A DNA stretch of 64,000 nucleotides from Clostridia bacterium (GCA_017503865.1 JAFVSI010000050.1:64224-128223), one strand, 5' to 3'. Positions 19,149-30,037 are shown, counted from the stretch's first letter. The notes: generated by a model not told the origin, from the letters alone. Numbers and translations are program-made.

Positions 19149-20114
19149 ATGAAAACTACTCAAAGAAATTCGAATCCTTATAAGAATACAGATTCCAACA
19201 AACGTTATTTTACCTATGACTACTATCTTAGAAATACATTTGGCGGTAAGTGTGCAAAAGTTCCGCTTGATGCGGGATTTATCTGTCCGAATATTGACGG
19301 AAAATGCGGCGTCGGCGGTTGTATATACTGCTCTGGCAGAGGTAGCGGAGATTTTGCAGCTTTGCCATCGATTCCGCTTCGTGAGCAGTATGAGACAACA
19401 AGAGAGAAGCTTTCATCAAAGTGGAATACCTCTCGTTGTATTGCATATTTTCAAGCACACTCAAACACCTATGCACCGCTCGAGATACTTCGCGAAAAAT
19501 TTGAAGAGGCACTTTCCTTTGATGGTGTTGTTGGGCTGAATATTGCAACTCGTGCTGACTGTATTGATAAGGATATTGCCGAATATCTTGCTGATATTGC
19601 CGAAAGAACCGTTCTCACAGTTGAGCTTGGACTTCAAAGTGTTCACGATTCTACAGCAGAAGCAATAAATAGGGGACATAGTTTTGAGGACTTCAAAAAA
19701 GGTTATGAGCTTTTGAGGAATGCTTCGGACAAAATCAATATTTGTGTTCATCTTATTTTCGGATTGCCGGGGGAAAATAGGGAAATGATGCTTGATTCTG
19801 TCAGGGTGCTTTCTGCACTTAATCCCGATCAGGTAAAGATACATCTTTTGCACGTTCTCAGAGGAACTCGTATGGCAGACATTTACGAGAACGGTGAGTA
19901 CAAGCCTTTAGAAAAAAACGAGTACGTTTCGCTCGTTGTCGATGCTCTTGAGCTTTTGCCACCTGATACGGTCGTAGCGAGAGTTACCGGAGACGGTATG
20001 GCAGAGGAGCTATTAGCCCCCGAGTGGAGCAAAAAAAAGGTATCGGTAATAAACGAAATAGACAAATTACTGTACGAAAGAAACAGCTATCAGGGAATAA
20101 AATTCGTTCAATAA
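19149..20114 (+). CDS. TIGR01212-family radical SAM protein
   Basis: 321 aa. CPNIDGKCGVGGCIYCS cluster and overall family resemblance. Confidence 0.85.
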   Translation: MKTTQRNSNPYKNTDSNKRYFTYDYYLRNTFGGKCAKVPLDAGFICPNIDGKCGVGGCIYCSGRGSGDFAALPSIPLREQYETTREKLSSKWNTSRCIAYFQAHSNTYAPLEILREKFEEALSFDGVVGLNIATRADCIDKDIAEYLADIAERTVLTVELGLQSVHDSTAEAINRGHSFEDFKKGYELLRNASDKINICVHLIFGLPGENREMMLDSVRVLSALNPDQVKIHLLHVLRGTRMADIYENGEYKPLEKNEYVSLVVDALELLPPDTVVARVTGDGMAEELLAPEWSKKKVSVINEIDKLLYERNSYQGIKFVQ

Positions 20115-20144
20115 ATTTATTTGACATTTTTTTGTCAAATTCTA

Positions 20145-20173
20145 TTGATTATCACAAGGTTTTGTGGTATATT
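20145..20173 (+). promoter_or_regulatory. Promoter of pgk-tpiA
   Basis: TTGATT, 17 nt, TGgTATATT extended -10. Confidence 0.5.
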
Positions 20174-20213
20174 ATTTACATATGGAAATTTTTTGAAAGG
20201 TGGATTATATAAA

Positions 20214-21401
20214 ATGACCTACAACAAGAAAACAGTTGAAGATATTGCCGTTAGCGGCAAGAGAGTTCTCGTTCGTTGCGATTTCAACGTTCCGCTTAAG
20301 GATGGTGTTATCACTTCCGATAAGAGAATCGTAGAGGCACTTCCCACAATCAAGTACCTTATGAACAACGGTGCAAAGGTTATCCTTTGCTCTCATATGG
20401 GCAAGCCCAAGGGCGAGGTAGTTGCTAAGTATTCTCTCGCTCCCGTAGCAGCTCGTCTTACCGAGCTTCTCGGAACAGAGGTCAAGCTCGCTCCCGATAC
20501 TATCGGTGAGGAGACTAAGGCTATGGCTGCAGCACTCGCTGACGGACAGGCACTTCTTCTTGAGAACACACGTTTCGACAAGAGAGAAGAAAAGAACGAT
20601 CCCGAGTTTGCTAAGGAGCTTGCTTCTATGGCAGACATCTTCGTAAACGATGCTTTCGGTGCAGCTCACAGAGCTCACGCATCTACCGCAGGCGTTGCTG
20701 CATACCTTCCCGCAGTTTGCGGATACCTCATTCAGAAGGAGATCTCCGTAATGGGTAAGGCTCTTGCTGATCCTGTTCGTCCTTTCGTTGCTATTCTTGG
20801 CGGTGCTAAGGTTTCCGATAAGATCGGTGTTATCAACAACCTCATTGACAAGTGCGATACTCTCGTAGTTGGTGGCGGTATGGCTTATACATTCTTTAAG
20901 TCTCTTGGTCACACCGTTGGAACTTCTCTTTGCGAGAACGACAAGGTTGAGCTTGCTAAGGAGATGATGGACAAAGCAAAGGCTAAGGGCGTTAACTTCC
21001 TTATTCCTGTTGATAACGTTGTTGGTAAGGCATACGATGAGAACACCGAGTTTATGACCGTAAACTCCGACGATATTCCCGACGGTTGGATGGGACTTGA
21101 CATCGGACCTGCTTCCCAGAAGCTTTTTGCTGACGCTATTAAGGGTGCGGGAACTGTTGTTTGGAACGGACCTATGGGTGTTTCCGAGTGGAAGAACTTT
21201 GCTGCAGGTACTGAGTCTGTTGCAAAGGCTGTTGCAGAAAGCGGTGCTATTTCTATCATCGGTGGCGGTGACTCTGCTGCTGCTGTTGAAAAGCTCGGAT
21301 ATGCTGACAAGATGACTCACATTTCTACCGGTGGCGGAGCTTCTCTCGAATTCCTTGAGGGACTTGAGCTTCCCGGAATTGCTTGTCTTCTCGACAAATA
21401 A
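20214..21401 (+). CDS. pgk: Phosphoglycerate kinase
   Basis: Start at [11 protein letters not shown] (RBS AAGGTGGA). [20 protein letters not shown] and STGGGASLE motifs. Confidence 0.97.
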   Translation: MTYNKKTVEDIAVSGKRVLVRCDFNVPLKDGVITSDKRIVEALPTIKYLMNNGAKVILCSHMGKPKGEVVAKYSLAPVAARLTELLGTEVKLAPDTIGEETKAMAAALADGQALLLENTRFDKREEKNDPEFAKELASMADIFVNDAFGAAHRAHASTAGVAAYLPAVCGYLIQKEISVMGKALADPVRPFVAILGGAKVSDKIGVINNLIDKCDTLVVGGGMAYTFFKSLGHTVGTSLCENDKVELAKEMMDKAKAKGVNFLIPVDNVVGKAYDENTEFMTVNSDDIPDGWMGLDIGPASQKLFADAIKGAGTVVWNGPMGVSEWKNFAAGTESVAKAVAESGAISIIGGGDSAAAVEKLGYADKMTHISTGGGASLEFLEGLELPGIACLLDK

Positions 21402-21421
21402 TTTAAAGAGGAACGACAAGA

Positions 21422-22189
21422 ATGAATACAGCTAAAAGAAGAACCGTTATTGCGGGAAACTGGAAAATGAATATGACACCGAAGGCTGCTGAGGCTCTTA
21501 TCGGTGAAATGAAGCCCCTTGTTGAAGGAAAGAATGCGTGTGACGTAGTGCTTTGCGTTCCCGCAATTGATATTCCTGCAGCAGTTGAGGCGGCTAAGGG
21601 TTCAAATATTAAGATTGGTGCTGAGAACGTTCACTTCAAGGCATCGGGTGCATATACAGGTGAAATCTCTGCTCAGATGCTCGTTGAGGCAGGTGTCGAG
21701 TACGTTGTTATCGGTCACAGCGAGAGACGTCAGTATTTTGCTGAAACCGATCAGACTGTAAACCTTCGCACACTTGCAGCACTTGAGGCTGGTCTTAAGG
21801 CTATTGTTTGTGTTGGTGAGACACTTGAACAGAGAGAGCTTGGATATACTGAGACGCTTCTTAAGTTCCAGACTAAGATGGCCCTTACAAATGTTACTGC
21901 CGACCAGCTTAAGAACGTTATAGTTGCTTACGAGCCTGTTTGGGCAATCGGTACGGGTGTTACCGCAACGGCTGATCAGGCTGATGAGGGTAACGGATAC
22001 GTTCGTGCGGCTATTGCCGAGATGTATGGAGCTGACGTTGCTGAGACTGTTACAGTACAGTACGGTGGCTCTATGAACGACGGTAATGCGGCAGAGCTTC
22101 TTGCAAAGACAAACGTTGACGGCGGACTTATCGGCGGAGCTTCGCTCGTTGCAAAGAAGTTTGCGGCAATCGTTGACGCTGCACAGTAA
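21422..22189 (+). CDS. tpiA: Triosephosphate isomerase
   Basis: 255 aa. AGNWKMN, IGHSERR, AYEPVWAIGTG and GGASL motifs. Confidence 0.97.
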   Translation: MNTAKRRTVIAGNWKMNMTPKAAEALIGEMKPLVEGKNACDVVLCVPAIDIPAAVEAAKGSNIKIGAENVHFKASGAYTGEISAQMLVEAGVEYVVIGHSERRQYFAETDQTVNLRTLAALEAGLKAIVCVGETLEQRELGYTETLLKFQTKMALTNVTADQLKNVIVAYEPVWAIGTGVTATADQADEGNGYVRAAIAEMYGADVAETVTVQYGGSMNDGNAAELLAKTNVDGGLIGGASLVAKKFAAIVDAAQ

Positions 22190-22197
22190 ATAAAACT

Positions 22198-22229
22198 AAA
22201 CCGAGAAGGATTTTCTTCTCGGTTTTTTT
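22198..22229 (+). terminator. Intrinsic terminator after tpiA
   Basis: Stem AAACCGAGAAG/CTTCTCGGTTT followed by a T-run. Confidence 0.8.
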
Positions 22230-22244
22230 ACTTTAAAGTTATTG

Positions 22245-22273
22245 TTGATTTTATTATTAAAATGTGGTAGAAT
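22245..22273 (+). promoter_or_regulatory. Promoter of rbfA-nrnA-trxB
   Basis: TTGATT, 17 nt, TGgTAGAAT. Confidence 0.5.
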
Positions 22274-22311
22274 AAGAAAGTAATAATTATGTCAACTATT
22301 TTGGAGGAAAA

Positions 22312-22689
22312 ATGGCAAAGTATAGACTTGGAAGAATAAATGATGAGATGCAGAAAGAGCTTGCGATGATTTTACGTGACGTTAAAGATCCGAGAGTTAG
22401 TTCAGCGTTTATAAGCATTACAGCTGTTGAAACAACACCCGACCTTAAATTTGCAAAAGTTTTTTATTCGGCACTCAGCGGCGATAAAAAGGAAATTGCA
22501 AAAGGGCTCAAATCTTCGGCGGGATATATACGCCGTCAGCTTGCTCAAAGCCTGAATCTCAGAATGACACCCGAGCTTACCTTCGCGGAGGACCATTCTA
22601 TCGAGCACGGTGCACACATTTCAAAGCTTCTTGAGGGAATTGAGTTTTCCGAGGAGTTTGACGTGACGGAAGAGGAAAACGATGACTGA
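22312..22689 (+). CDS. rbfA: Ribosome-binding factor A
   Basis: 125 aa. VKDPRV...ITAVETTPDLKFAKVFYS...LNLRMTPELTF is typical of RbfA. Confidence 0.92.
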   Translation: MAKYRLGRINDEMQKELAMILRDVKDPRVSSAFISITAVETTPDLKFAKVFYSALSGDKKEIAKGLKSSAGYIRRQLAQSLNLRMTPELTFAEDHSIEHGAHISKLLEGIEFSEEFDVTEEENDD

Positions 22690-23686
22690 GTTTAAACATC
22701 TGACATTTGACGAGCTTTGCGACAAGCTCTGTGAAAATAAGAGAACACTTATAATTTATCACGTCCGCTCGGATGCTGATGCTGTCGGATCTGCGTTTTC
22801 GCTTCGCAAGCTTTTAACTCTTATGGGTATTCCCGCACTTTGCGCTTGTGCTGACGAGGTACCCGAAAGACTTAGATTTATCAGCGACGACGCTCAGGGA
22901 AGTGTCCTTCTTGATGAGGATATTGATATTGACCACGAGAGAGTCATAAGCGTTGACTCGGCATCTCCAGCACAGCTTGGCAAGCTTTTTGATACGCTAA
23001 AAAAAGACGTTGATATTATGATAGACCACCACGCAATGGGAACTGTTTATGCCGATTGCTATATCGAGTCCGACTCATCTGCAACTGCAGAGATAATATA
23101 TGCTATCGCAAAAGAGCTTGTAAAGCGTGGCAAAATCGAATATATTCCCGTAAACGTGTTAGGATATATTTATGCGGGAATATCGTCCGATACGGGTGGG
23201 TTTAGATTTTCTAACACTACTCCGAGAACCCATAGAATTGCTGCCGAACTTCTTGAAGCTGGAGTTGACGGTGCAGCTATAAATCACCTTTTGTTTTCTT
23301 CAAAATCAGCAAAACAAATAAAGGCTGAGGGGGAGGCATCGAGAAGAATAAACTATTATTGTCAGAAAACGGTTGCGATAGCATCAGTACCTTATTCTGC
23401 AATATATTCTTTGGGTCTTGATGAAGAATCTATGGAAACTGTTATAGAAGTTCCGCGTTCAATTAACGGTGTGAAAATAGCAGTTGCAATTCGTCAGCCT
23501 ACGAGCGAGAATAAGTTTAGAGTATCTATGCGCTCTGTTGGAGAAATTGATGTTTCCCTTATTTGTGCAGTTTTTGGCGGCGGTGGTCATAAGAGAGCTG
23601 CCGGATGTACTGTTGAAGCTAATGGAATTGATGATGCTGAGCATCTAATCGTTAGAGAGATAAAAAATTCTCTTGCTAATGTATAA
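22682..23686 (+). CDS. DHH/DHHA1 phosphoesterase (NrnA-like oligoribonuclease/pAp phosphatase)
   Basis: 334 aa. HVRSDADAVGS (DHH motif I-II), DHH at IDHHAM, and GGGHKRAAG (DHHA1). Confidence 0.85.
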   Translation: MTEFKHLTFDELCDKLCENKRTLIIYHVRSDADAVGSAFSLRKLLTLMGIPALCACADEVPERLRFISDDAQGSVLLDEDIDIDHERVISVDSASPAQLGKLFDTLKKDVDIMIDHHAMGTVYADCYIESDSSATAEIIYAIAKELVKRGKIEYIPVNVLGYIYAGISSDTGGFRFSNTTPRTHRIAAELLEAGVDGAAINHLLFSSKSAKQIKAEGEASRRINYYCQKTVAIASVPYSAIYSLGLDEESMETVIEVPRSINGVKIAVAIRQPTSENKFRVSMRSVGEIDVSLICAVFGGGGHKRAAGCTVEANGIDDAEHLIVREIKNSLANV

Positions 23687-23702
23687 GAAGGGGTTATTTA
23701 AA

Positions 23703-24626
23703 ATGTCAAATATATATGATATGATAATTGTCGGCGGCGGTCCCGCGGGATACACTGCCGCACTTTATGCCTCTCGTGCGGGACTGAATACTCTTTTAAT
23801 AGAAAAAATGTCAGTGGGAGGGCAAATGGCGCTTACTGACGTCATTGATAATTATCCGGGATTTCCTGAGGGAATAGACGGTTTTACTCTCGGAATGAAT
23901 ATGCAGGCATCTGCCGAGCGTTTCGGTGCAAAAACCGAATATGCTGAGGTAACCTCACTTGAGCTTAATGGTGATATAAAAAAGATTACAACCACCTCGG
24001 GCGATTTTTTGGCTCATACTGTCGTTATCGCTACAGGGGCAGACCCGAGAGAGCTTGGTATTAAAGGGGAAAAGGAGCTGATCGGCAGAGGGCTTCACTA
24101 CTGTGCACACTGTGACGGAAGATTTTATAAGGGTAAGACGGTTATGGTTGTCGGTGGCGGTAATTCTGCGGCGGCTGATGCACTCTATCTTTCAAATCTT
24201 CTCGAAAAGGTTTACGTAGTTCACAGAAGAGACACCTTGAGGGCAACGAAGATTTATCACGCACCTCTTATGAAGGCTCAAAACGTTGAATTTATATGGA
24301 ACAGTGTTGTTGACAGTTATATTTTAGACACAAAAATAGTCGGGGCAAAGGTGAGAAACGTTTTGACCGACGAAAGCCAAGATGTAATGCTTGACGGTAT
24401 TTTCGTAAGCATTGGCAGAGAACCGAATACATCAATTTTTGCAGGACAGATAGAGCTTGACAAGTCGGGATACGTCGTTGCTGATGAGACGACAAAAACA
24501 AATATTAGCGGAGTTTTTGCTGTTGGTGACGTGAGAACAAAGCATCTTCGTCAGGTTGTAACAGCGGTGGCTGACGGTGCCGTTGCCGTTCACTTTGCTG
24601 AAGAATACTTGGCGAATAAAAAATAA
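23703..24626 (+). CDS. trxB: Thioredoxin-disulfide reductase
   Basis: Start at MSNIYDMIIVGGGPAGY. CAHCDG redox pair, GGGNSA NADPH site and GDVR. Confidence 0.93.
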   Translation: MSNIYDMIIVGGGPAGYTAALYASRAGLNTLLIEKMSVGGQMALTDVIDNYPGFPEGIDGFTLGMNMQASAERFGAKTEYAEVTSLELNGDIKKITTTSGDFLAHTVVIATGADPRELGIKGEKELIGRGLHYCAHCDGRFYKGKTVMVVGGGNSAAADALYLSNLLEKVYVVHRRDTLRATKIYHAPLMKAQNVEFIWNSVVDSYILDTKIVGAKVRNVLTDESQDVMLDGIFVSIGREPNTSIFAGQIELDKSGYVVADETTKTNISGVFAVGDVRTKHLRQVVTAVADGAVAVHFAEEYLANKK

Positions 24627-24655
24627 AAAAGTGCTTCAAATGAAGCACTTTTTTT
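24625..24655. terminator. Bidirectional terminator between trxB and the class IV aminotransferase gene
   Basis: Stem GTGCTTC/GAAGCAC flanked by an A-run and a T-run. Confidence 0.8.
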
Positions 24656-25499
24656 AGTTGCTTGTATATGTTTCAAACTCGTCTATAACGTATTTGCGAA
24701 GTTTTTCGAGGAGGTCAGCAGCACGGCCACCTACCTCTTTGCCGTCAATGCGTGAGACGGGGCGGCAAAGTGCCCCCGAAGCTGTTACAATGACCTCATT
24801 CGCCTCAAACATTTCGTCAAGCGAGAAAGCTTCTTCTATGACAGAAATACCAAGCACCTTCGCGGCGTTTATAAGATGTGCACGTGCGACCCCAGGGAGG
24901 ATCATGTTGCTCATAGGAGCGGTTTTAAGCTCATTGTTTTTTGTAATTATAAAAATATTTGAATGAGTACATTCGGTCACATTACCGTCTCTGTGAAGCA
25001 CCGCTTCATCAACACAAGCGTCAAGTGCCTTTTGCGAAGCAATGACCGCACTCAAAAGATTGAGTGTTTTCATATTGCAGTAAGCGTGTCTCGTATCCTC
25101 AAGCACCATCAAGGTCATAGGTGAGTAAGAGCTACGCATTTTTTGCTCGCGAACGGTTATCCAAAGATTACCTATAAGACCTTTCTTAGGGGTGTGGTTT
25201 CGCATTTGCGTTCCTCTTGAAACCTGAAAATAAACGAGAAGTTCGTCTCCGTCAACCTTTTTTACGAGGTCGCATATAAGGTCCGTCAATTCATTTTTTG
25301 TATGTGGAACGGTAATATCAAGAACCGAGGCACTGTCGAAAAGTCTGTCGATATGCTCGTCAAGTGCAAAAACCCTGTGGTTTTTAGCATAAGCCGCCTC
25401 ATAAATACCGTCACCGAAAAAGCAGGCACGGTCATTCATAGGTACGAACATATTTTCAATAAGGTCATATTTGCCGTTGTAATAGCCTAAGTTTTTCAT
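24654..25499 (-). CDS. Class IV aminotransferase (D-amino-acid or branched-chain type)
   Basis: 281 aa. FGDGIYE and NIFIITKNNELKTAP..ILPGVAR are typical of PLP fold-type IV enzymes. Confidence 0.85.
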   Translation of the reverse strand: MKNLGYYNGKYDLIENMFVPMNDRACFFGDGIYEAAYAKNHRVFALDEHIDRLFDSASVLDITVPHTKNELTDLICDLVKKVDGDELLVYFQVSRGTQMRNHTPKKGLIGNLWITVREQKMRSSYSPMTLMVLEDTRHAYCNMKTLNLLSAVIASQKALDACVDEAVLHRDGNVTECTHSNIFIITKNNELKTAPMSNMILPGVARAHLINAAKVLGISVIEEAFSLDEMFEANEVIVTASGALCRPVSRIDGKEVGGRAADLLEKLRKYVIDEFETYTSN

Positions 25500-25631
25500 T
25501 TATATCTCCGTTTGATTACATATTATAACACTAAACACTATGCTTGAAATACTTTTAAAATTACTCTAATTAAATTATATCATAACGAAAAATTTATGTC
25601 AATAATCATATGGATAGATAGGGATAAAAGA

Positions 25632-25660
25632 TTGACAAAAAAACAAAAATAAGTTATAAT
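25632..25660 (+). promoter_or_regulatory. Consensus sigma-A promoter of lgt
   Basis: TTGACA, 17 nt, TATAAT, exact. Confidence 0.6.
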
Positions 25661-25690
25661 ACAAATATCGATTATTTTAGGAGAAAACAT

Positions 25691-26518
25691 ATGTATCCTT
25701 ATGATATTATCCCGAATACGGGAATAAATCTTTACGTTATATGTCTTGGACTTGCCGCAGTTGCTGCAATACTTGCTTTTAGTAAGCTTGCTGACGTTGT
25801 TGGTATTTCGGCAAAGGTTCAGAATATGAGTCTTTATACCGCGATATTGGCTATCGTTTTCGGTTACGGCTCGGCAGTGCTTTTTCAGTCATTTTACAAT
25901 ATGTTAGCAGACGGAACCTTCACTATTGACAAAAACACGGGTGCAACCTTCTATGGCGGACTCATTGGCGGAGTAGTCTCTTTTATAGTAATTTATTTCA
26001 TTTGGGGCAATTTTAAGTTTGACGATGATACGCATAAAAGGGAATTCATACACGTTTTGAACGTTGCTCCCGCTTCAATAACGATTGCTCACGGAATTGG
26101 TAGAATAGGATGCCTTATGGGCGGCTGCTGCTACGGTCCGAAAACTGATGCTTGGTGTGGAATTACTATGAAAAATCTTGGTTACAAGGTGATTCCAACA
26201 CAGCTTTTTGAGGCTATATTTTTGTTTCTTTTGTTCTCACTTACCGTGTATCTTATTTACAAGAAAAAGCCGTATAATATGCCACTGTATATGATAGGCT
26301 ACGGAATTTGGCGTTTTATACTCGAATATGTGCGTGCTGATGACAGAGGTCAAACGGTTATTGCATCTCTTACTCCCTCGCAGCTTGTTGCTATTATTAT
26401 GATTGTTTCGGGTGCTGTCCTTTTTGCATTTTTGAAGAAGTTAAACAAAAATGCAGACTTGTCTGTGGATACTGATGAAGGCGAAGAAGAGGCTGAGAAA
26501 GAGAGCGAAGATGTGTAA
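25691..26518 (+). CDS. lgt: Phosphatidylglycerol-prolipoprotein diacylglyceryl transferase
   Basis: 275 aa. YGGLIGG, GRIGCLMGGCCYG and PTQLFEA motifs, with an acidic C-terminal tail. Confidence 0.93.
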   Translation: MYPYDIIPNTGINLYVICLGLAAVAAILAFSKLADVVGISAKVQNMSLYTAILAIVFGYGSAVLFQSFYNMLADGTFTIDKNTGATFYGGLIGGVVSFIVIYFIWGNFKFDDDTHKREFIHVLNVAPASITIAHGIGRIGCLMGGCCYGPKTDAWCGITMKNLGYKVIPTQLFEAIFLFLLFSLTVYLIYKKKPYNMPLYMIGYGIWRFILEYVRADDRGQTVIASLTPSQLVAIIMIVSGAVLFAFLKKLNKNADLSVDTDEGEEEAEKESEDV

Positions 26519-27311
26519 CGGTAAGAAGAAAATAGGAAAAAAGACCTTCCTGTCATTGTTTTCGGTTTTTGCCGTACTGCTTTTGGCTCTTGAGCTTTTC
26601 AATTTTATTTATTCAATTGATAACATAGAATATGAGCTTGTATACGGCACTCTTTCTCGTGTTTTCGGTGCGGCAATTTGTCTGCTTCTCATGAAGTATT
26701 GCAGTTTTGACTATTTATTGTCAAACAAAGGGATAGACGCAAGGGCACTTTTGCTTGTCCTTCCTTGTCTTTTGATCTCAATAAATAATTTCCCATTTGT
26801 TCCTGTTTTAAGTAACGGTGTAGCACTTGAAGCAAGATGGTACTTGGTTTTGCTTTATGCGTTACAGTGCCTGTTTGTAGGGATTTTTGAGGAAACCGCT
26901 TTTCGTGGCTGCGTTTTCATGCTTATGCTCGAAAAGAGGAGTAAGACGAGAAAGGATATATTCTTTTCTATCGTTTTCTCATCGCTTATATTCGGAGCAA
27001 TACATATAGTAAATCTTTTTGTAGGAGCAGGTATCGTTCCCGTAGTTCTTCAGCTTGGCTATTCATTTTTGATAGGAGCTATGTGTTCTGTTGCTTTGCT
27101 TGTCACGCAAAGCTTATGGGTGCCCGTTATTCTTCACGCACTTTTTAATTTTGCGGGCGGAGTTATTCCTACTTTTGTCGATAATTTCAAAATCTGGACA
27201 GTAGGTGAAATTGTCCTCACGGTTGTCGTTTCACTTATCGTTGCTATATACGTAGTTTTACTGTTCTTCAAATTTGATCTTGAGAAAATGCAAAGAATAA
27301 TAAAGAAATAA
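26511..27311 (+). CDS. CPBP-family intramembrane protease (CAAX protease-like)
   Basis: Start at the ATG overlapping the lgt stop (ATGTGTAA). EETAFRG, FGAIH and HALFN motifs; multi-TM. Confidence 0.8.
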   Translation: MCNGKKKIGKKTFLSLFSVFAVLLLALELFNFIYSIDNIEYELVYGTLSRVFGAAICLLLMKYCSFDYLLSNKGIDARALLLVLPCLLISINNFPFVPVLSNGVALEARWYLVLLYALQCLFVGIFEETAFRGCVFMLMLEKRSKTRKDIFFSIVFSSLIFGAIHIVNLFVGAGIVPVVLQLGYSFLIGAMCSVALLVTQSLWVPVILHALFNFAGGVIPTFVDNFKIWTVGEIVLTVVVSLIVAIYVVLLFFKFDLEKMQRIIKK

Positions 27312-27313
27312 TT

Positions 27314-27343
27314 AAAAACACCGATGTAAATCGGTGTTTTTTT
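27314..27343 (+). terminator. Intrinsic terminator after the CPBP gene
   Basis: Stem ACACCGA/TCGGTGT followed by TTTTTTT. Confidence 0.8.
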
Positions 27344-27396
27344 GTGCTTTTCTCTTTTTGCTGCTCATATATTTAACATAAATAAATGTAAGGAGA

Positions 27397-28557
27397 ATGC
27401 TTATGAAAACACAAAGGCTTTTGAGTTTTTTACTTGTTATTTCAGTTTTGTTTGGGGCGTTTATGACTCCAATCTTCGGTGTGCCGAGCGAGGAAGGAGT
27501 TATGAGCTTTGATTGTGCCTCTGCAATCCTTATTGAAGCAAAAAGCGGTACCGTTCTTTTCGAGCAAAACTCTGACGAAGCATTACCGCCCGCGTCGGTT
27601 ACAAAGATTATGACCTTGCTTCTCGTTATGGAAGCTATCGAAGCAGGGAAGATCTCTCTTAGCGATACGGTTGCGGCAAGTGCTCACGCCTGTTCTATGG
27701 GGGGATCTCAGATATATCTTGAAGAAGGTGAAGAAATGAGTGTTGAGGACCTTCTTAAAAGTGTTGTCATAGCGTCTGCCAATGACGCTGCGGTTGCTCT
27801 TGCCGAGTACGTTTCGGGAAGCGAGGCAGCTTTTGTTGAAGGGATGAACAAAAGAGCTGCGGAGCTTGGAATGAAAAACACGCATTTTGAAAACACAAAC
27901 GGTCTTGACGATACAGTAGAAAACCATTTGACCTCTGCCCGTGATATAGCCATTATGTCTGCCGAGCTTTTAAAGCACAAAAAAATAACCGAGTATAGCT
28001 CTATTTGGATGGATACCATAAGAAACGGTGAGTTCGGACTTACGAATACAAACCGTTTGGTCAGATTTTATAAGGGGGCAAACGGACTAAAAACGGGTTC
28101 TACCTCAAAAGCTAAATTTTGTATAAGTGCGAGTGCCGAGCGAGGTGGAATGACACTTATCGCAGTAATAATGGCGGCTCCAACGAGAGACGTTAGAAAC
28201 TCAGCGGCAACGGCACTTCTTGATTACGGTTTTGCTAATTTTGCCTTATACGAAGCCAAAAGTGAAGCGTTGACTCCCGCAAAGGTACTCGGCGGAGTTA
28301 AAAACAGTTGTGAAATCAAAAGCGAAGAATTTGGCACTGTAGTTCCCAAAAACGAGCTATCAAATGTAAAAAGCAAAATTGAAATTAAGAGTGAAATAAA
28401 AGCACCGATAAAAGAGGGTGATACGCTTGGAAAAATAAATTATTACTTAGGGGATAAATGTATAGGATACTCAAACGTAGTAGCACTTGAAGAAGTAAAG
28501 GTCATAAATTATCTGCATATGTTTTTGAAAATCCTTGCTTCTATGTCTTTATTGTAA
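27397..28557 (+). CDS. Serine-type D-Ala-D-Ala carboxypeptidase (PBP5/DacF-like)
   Basis: 386 aa with a signal peptide. SVTK (SxxK), SAND (SxN) and KTGST (KTG) motifs. Confidence 0.9.
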   Translation: MLMKTQRLLSFLLVISVLFGAFMTPIFGVPSEEGVMSFDCASAILIEAKSGTVLFEQNSDEALPPASVTKIMTLLLVMEAIEAGKISLSDTVAASAHACSMGGSQIYLEEGEEMSVEDLLKSVVIASANDAAVALAEYVSGSEAAFVEGMNKRAAELGMKNTHFENTNGLDDTVENHLTSARDIAIMSAELLKHKKITEYSSIWMDTIRNGEFGLTNTNRLVRFYKGANGLKTGSTSKAKFCISASAERGGMTLIAVIMAAPTRDVRNSAATALLDYGFANFALYEAKSEALTPAKVLGGVKNSCEIKSEEFGTVVPKNELSNVKSKIEIKSEIKAPIKEGDTLGKINYYLGDKCIGYSNVVALEEVKVINYLHMFLKILASMSLL

Positions 28558-28595
28558 AAAAATAATGAAAACATTGTTTTTTTTGGCATTTCAAA

Positions 28596-28624
28596 GTTGA
28601 CAATTATATAACAATGTTATATAA
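28596..28624 (+). promoter_or_regulatory. Consensus sigma-A promoter of pgi
   Basis: TTGACA, 17 nt, TATAAT, exact. Confidence 0.6.
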
Positions 28625-28659
28625 TTAAATGGTAAAAATGAGAAAGGAAACCTATAGTT

Positions 28660-30000
28660 ATGACACTTAAAATCAATGATGCTTACGTCAAGAATTTTAT
28701 TGACGATGCTGCTCTCAAGGCAATACAGCCTGAGATTACCGCCGCACAGAAAACTCTCCTTGAGGGAAGTGGCGAGGGAAGTGATTTTCTTGGTTGGGTA
28801 GATCTTCCCAACAACTACGACAAAGAGGAATTCGCAAGAATTAAGGTTGCGGCTGAAAAGATAAAGAAGAGCTGTGACGTATTTATCGTTATCGGTATCG
28901 GCGGTTCTTATCTTGGCTCCCGTGCCGTAATCGAGTTTATCAAATCTCCCCTTTATAACAACATCAAAAAGGACACTCCCGACGTTTATTTTGCGGGCTG
29001 CAACATAAGTGCACAGTCCTTTAACGAGATAATGCAGATATGCGAGGGCAAGGACGTTTGTATCAACGTAATCTCAAAGTCGGGTACTACCACTGAGCCT
29101 GCTGTCGCATTCAGACTCTTCCGTGCTATGCTTGAAAAGAAGTATGGCGTTGAGGGAGCGAGAGAGAGAATTTTCGTAACTACTGACAAGGCAAGAGGAA
29201 CTCTTAAGGCTTTTTCTACCGAGGCAGGATACGAGACATTCGTTGTTCCGGATGATGTTGGCGGACGTTATTCTGTTCTTACTGCAGTTGGACTTCTTCC
29301 TATCGCTGTTGCGGGCATCGATATTGACGAGCTTATGCACGGAGCTGCAGATGCGGCTGCCGAATATAAGGCAACATCTGATATTGAGAAGAGTGCTTGT
29401 GCAAAGTATGCGGCTATAAGAAATATTCTTTATCGCCAGGGTAAGCTTATCGAAATAATGGTAAGCTATGAGCCTTGTGCCGCAATGCTCAACGAGTGGT
29501 GGAAGCAGCTTTACGGTGAGAGCGAGGGCAAGGACAATAAGGGACTTTATCCTTCTTCCGTAATTTTCTCTACTGACCTTCACTCTCTCGGTCAGTTTAT
29601 TCAGGATGGAACGAGAACGGTATTCGAGACGGTTCTTTCTATCGGTGATATGGGTGAAAAGCTTGCAGTTCCCGAGGATTCCGCGAACGTTGACGGACTT
29701 AACTTCCTTGCTGGAGTTGACCTTAACGAGGTTAATAAGACAGCAATGAAGGGAACGGTACTTGCTCACATTGACGGCGGTGTCCCGAACGTTATTCTTG
29801 AAATCAAGGATAGAAGTGCATATACAGTAGGTCACCTCATTTACTTCTTCGAGTTCGCTTGCGGTGTGTCGGGATACACTCTCGGAGTTAACCCCTTCAA
29901 CCAACCCGGAGTTGAGGCATATAAGAAAAATATGTTCGCACTCCTCGGCAAACCCGGTTACGAGGACCAAAAGAAGGTACTTGAGGAAAGACTGAAATAA
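28660..30000 (+). CDS. pgi: Glucose-6-phosphate isomerase
   Basis: 446 aa, the short Gram-positive type. [23 protein letters not shown] and GESEGK motifs. Confidence 0.96.
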   Translation: MTLKINDAYVKNFIDDAALKAIQPEITAAQKTLLEGSGEGSDFLGWVDLPNNYDKEEFARIKVAAEKIKKSCDVFIVIGIGGSYLGSRAVIEFIKSPLYNNIKKDTPDVYFAGCNISAQSFNEIMQICEGKDVCINVISKSGTTTEPAVAFRLFRAMLEKKYGVEGARERIFVTTDKARGTLKAFSTEAGYETFVVPDDVGGRYSVLTAVGLLPIAVAGIDIDELMHGAADAAAEYKATSDIEKSACAKYAAIRNILYRQGKLIEIMVSYEPCAAMLNEWWKQLYGESEGKDNKGLYPSSVIFSTDLHSLGQFIQDGTRTVFETVLSIGDMGEKLAVPEDSANVDGLNFLAGVDLNEVNKTAMKGTVLAHIDGGVPNVILEIKDRSAYTVGHLIYFFEFACGVSGYTLGVNPFNQPGVEAYKKNMFALLGKPGYEDQKKVLEERLK

Positions 30001-30037
30001 AAGTCGATAAAATATTTACCAAATTTGTCAAACCCAC

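Noticed and set aside
20205-21419. 404-aa ORF antisense to, and spanning, the whole of pgk
   Set aside because: The ORF is codon-aligned with pgk: both have triplet boundaries at coordinates divisible by 3. It stays open because pgk avoids the sense codons TTA, CTA and TCA, whose reverse complements are stop codons. The translated product is low-complexity (Ser/Leu/Asn/Cys-rich) and has no RBS. This is a codon-bias artefact of a highly expressed gene.
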